Assembly: GCA_017536305.1 (NCBI GenBank)
Contig: JAFXHR010000020.1
Span: 5,088-69,087 of the forward strand
Direction: 5' to 3'
DNA from: Clostridia bacterium
GTDB taxonomy: Bacteria > Bacillota > Clostridia > Christensenellales > Borkfalkiaceae
DNA length: 64,000 nucleotides
Shown one piece after another: positions 62,852 through 64,000 of this stretch. Numbering within the stretch: position 1 is the stretch's first letter; the number at the start of each line of letters is the position of its first letter. Position numbers and translations under genes: made by a program. A model generated the notes under the pieces. The model was not told where the DNA came from, searched no databases, and saw only the letters and a program-made list of their open reading frames with translations.

Positions 62852-63516
62852 TGCAATTACCCATAGCGGAAATTGAAGAAAAGCTCGGGTATACCTTTCG
62901 CAATAAAAATCTCTTAATCGAGGCGTTCACCCATTCTTCGTATACCAGCCGATACGGCGGAAAAAGCAACGAGCGGTTGGAGTATTTAGGCGACTCGGTA
63001 TTACAGCTCGTCGTAACCGAATGGCAGTATCGGAAATCTCCCAAGGCAAGCGAAGGAGAATTGACGGCAAAACGCCAAAAAATCGTATGCAAGGACGCGC
63101 TGGACTCAGCAACGGACGGACTGGATATTTGGCAGTACCTGTTAAAGAGCGGAAAGACGGAATACAACGTCAAGGGCAAAGCAAAATCCAGCTTATTCGA
63201 GGCGGTAACGGGCGCGATTTACTTGGACGGCGGGTACAAGAGCGCGAAAAAATTCATCTTGGACCACGGCAACGTTCGGCTGGACATCAAGGTAGACAAC
63301 CCCAAGGGCGAGCTGAAAGAATTTTTAGAAAAGCGTAGCGTGGAAGAACCGCGGTACGAAGTGGTCAAATCGGGCAAGGACAACGCGCCCATATTCCATT
63401 GCACGGTGTACGCGCTTGGTGAAAGCGCAACGGGCGAAGGTAAGACGAAACGCGAGGCAGAAGCGACGTCGGCAGGACGGCTTTTGTGGGAATTAAAGCG
63501 TAAATACAACGTATAA
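62851..63516 (+). CDS. rnc: Ribonuclease III
   Basis: ERLEYLGDSVL signature and a C-terminal dsRBD (PKGELKEFLEK...GEGKTKREAE). The start overlaps the plsX stop (TAATG). Confidence 0.93.
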   Translation: MQLPIAEIEEKLGYTFRNKNLLIEAFTHSSYTSRYGGKSNERLEYLGDSVLQLVVTEWQYRKSPKASEGELTAKRQKIVCKDALDSATDGLDIWQYLLKSGKTEYNVKGKAKSSLFEAVTGAIYLDGGYKSAKKFILDHGNVRLDIKVDNPKGELKEFLEKRSVEEPRYEVVKSGKDNAPIFHCTVYALGESATGEGKTKREAEATSAGRLLWELKRKYNV

Positions 63517-63548
63517 ACAACGAGAAAAAAGAGAAAAGGAGTAGGACT

Positions 63549-64000
63549 TTGAACTTAAAGGAAATACAACTTGTCGGTTTCAAATCGTTTGCCGACAAAA
63601 CGACGATTCGGTTTGAAGAAGGGGTAACCTGTATCGTAGGCCCGAACGGGTGCGGAAAGAGCAACGTCGCGGACGCGGTGCGTTGGGTACTTGGCGAGCA
63701 ATCGGCAAAATCCCTGCGCGGTTCTAACATGCAGGACGTTATTTTCGGCGGTACGGTAGAGCGTAAACCGCAGTCTTTTTGCGAAGTAACGCTGGTATTC
63801 GACAACGAAAACCACATTTTCCCCATGGACGGCGCGGAAGTAGCTATGACGCGTCGCTTATACCGCACGGGCGAAAGCAAATACCTGATTAACAACCAAC
63901 CCAGCCGATTAAAGGACTTGGTAACCTTATTCCACGGTATCGGGCTTGGTAAGGAAGGGTATTCGATTATCGGTCAAGGCAAGGTAGAGCAAATTATGAA
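63549..64000 (+). CDS. smc: Chromosome segregation protein SMC, 3' end outside window
   Basis: My own translation from TTG 63549: LNLKEIQLVGFKSFADKTTIRFEEGVTCIVGPNGCGKSNVADAVRWVLGEQSAKSLRG.... AAGGAG RBS upstream. Open to the window end. Confidence 0.9.
   Translation, partial: MNLKEIQLVGFKSFADKTTIRFEEGVTCIVGPNGCGKSNVADAVRWVLGEQSAKSLRGSNMQDVIFGGTVERKPQSFCEVTLVFDNENHIFPMDGAEVAMTRRLYRTGESKYLINNQPSRLKDLVTLFHGIGLGKEGYSIIGQGKVEQIM

Overview
This is a 64-kb chromosomal segment from a Gram-positive bacterium. Gene content looks Bacillota/Clostridia-like: ylxM-ffh-rpsP-KH-rimM, pyrH-frr-uppS-cdsA-dxr-rseP, secD-secF-recJ-relA, rpsO-pnp, plsX-rnc-smc, a SpoIIE-type phosphatase, VanW and DUF1292. I call 56 CDS (49 on the + strand), one tRNA-Arg(ACG) and one TPP riboswitch in front of a thiT-like gene. 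All functional calls rest on motif recognition by eye; no database search was possible.

Nt 1-11272 is a Wzx/Wzy-type heteropolysaccharide locus. It holds a Wzz-like protein, four glycosyltransferases, a Wzy-like polymerase, Wzx fused in frame to Glf, WecB and Ugd, but no priming transferase. A second mini-locus at 20009-24285 (PglC-like phosphoglycosyl transferase, CapD/PglF-like dehydratase, O-antigen-ligase/Wzy_C-like protein) sits directly upstream of pyrH-frr-uppS.

The most unusual signal is non-coding. It is a family of mosaic intergenic elements built from palindromes, with six clear copies (31407, 31951, 36111, 39252, 48031, 61568) and one degenerate copy (43421).
- All six clear copies are in the same orientation.
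- Each starts with a 16-nt palindrome (CGACGTA-TC-TACGTCG) 1-11 nt after a + strand stop codon.
- Three copies carry arrays of different perfect mini-hairpins punctuated by the heptamer GTGAATT or its complement AATTCAC.
- I cannot assign the family to any named repeat class from memory.

Other points worth a look:
- dnaA lies on the apparent lagging strand, fused into an operon with mnmG, divergent from recF, with no dnaN and no DnaA-box cluster.
- There are two in-frame gene fusions that keep an internal RBS and ATG (Wzx-Glf, RuvX-DUF1292).
- A four-gene block (degenerate P-loop protein, mutY, overlapping HNH protein, Fe-S flavoprotein) is bracketed by two repeat copies.
- A PP2C phosphatase carries a 4-Cys sensor domain.

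I saw no IS element, integrase, prophage, CRISPR-cas or recognisable defence genes.
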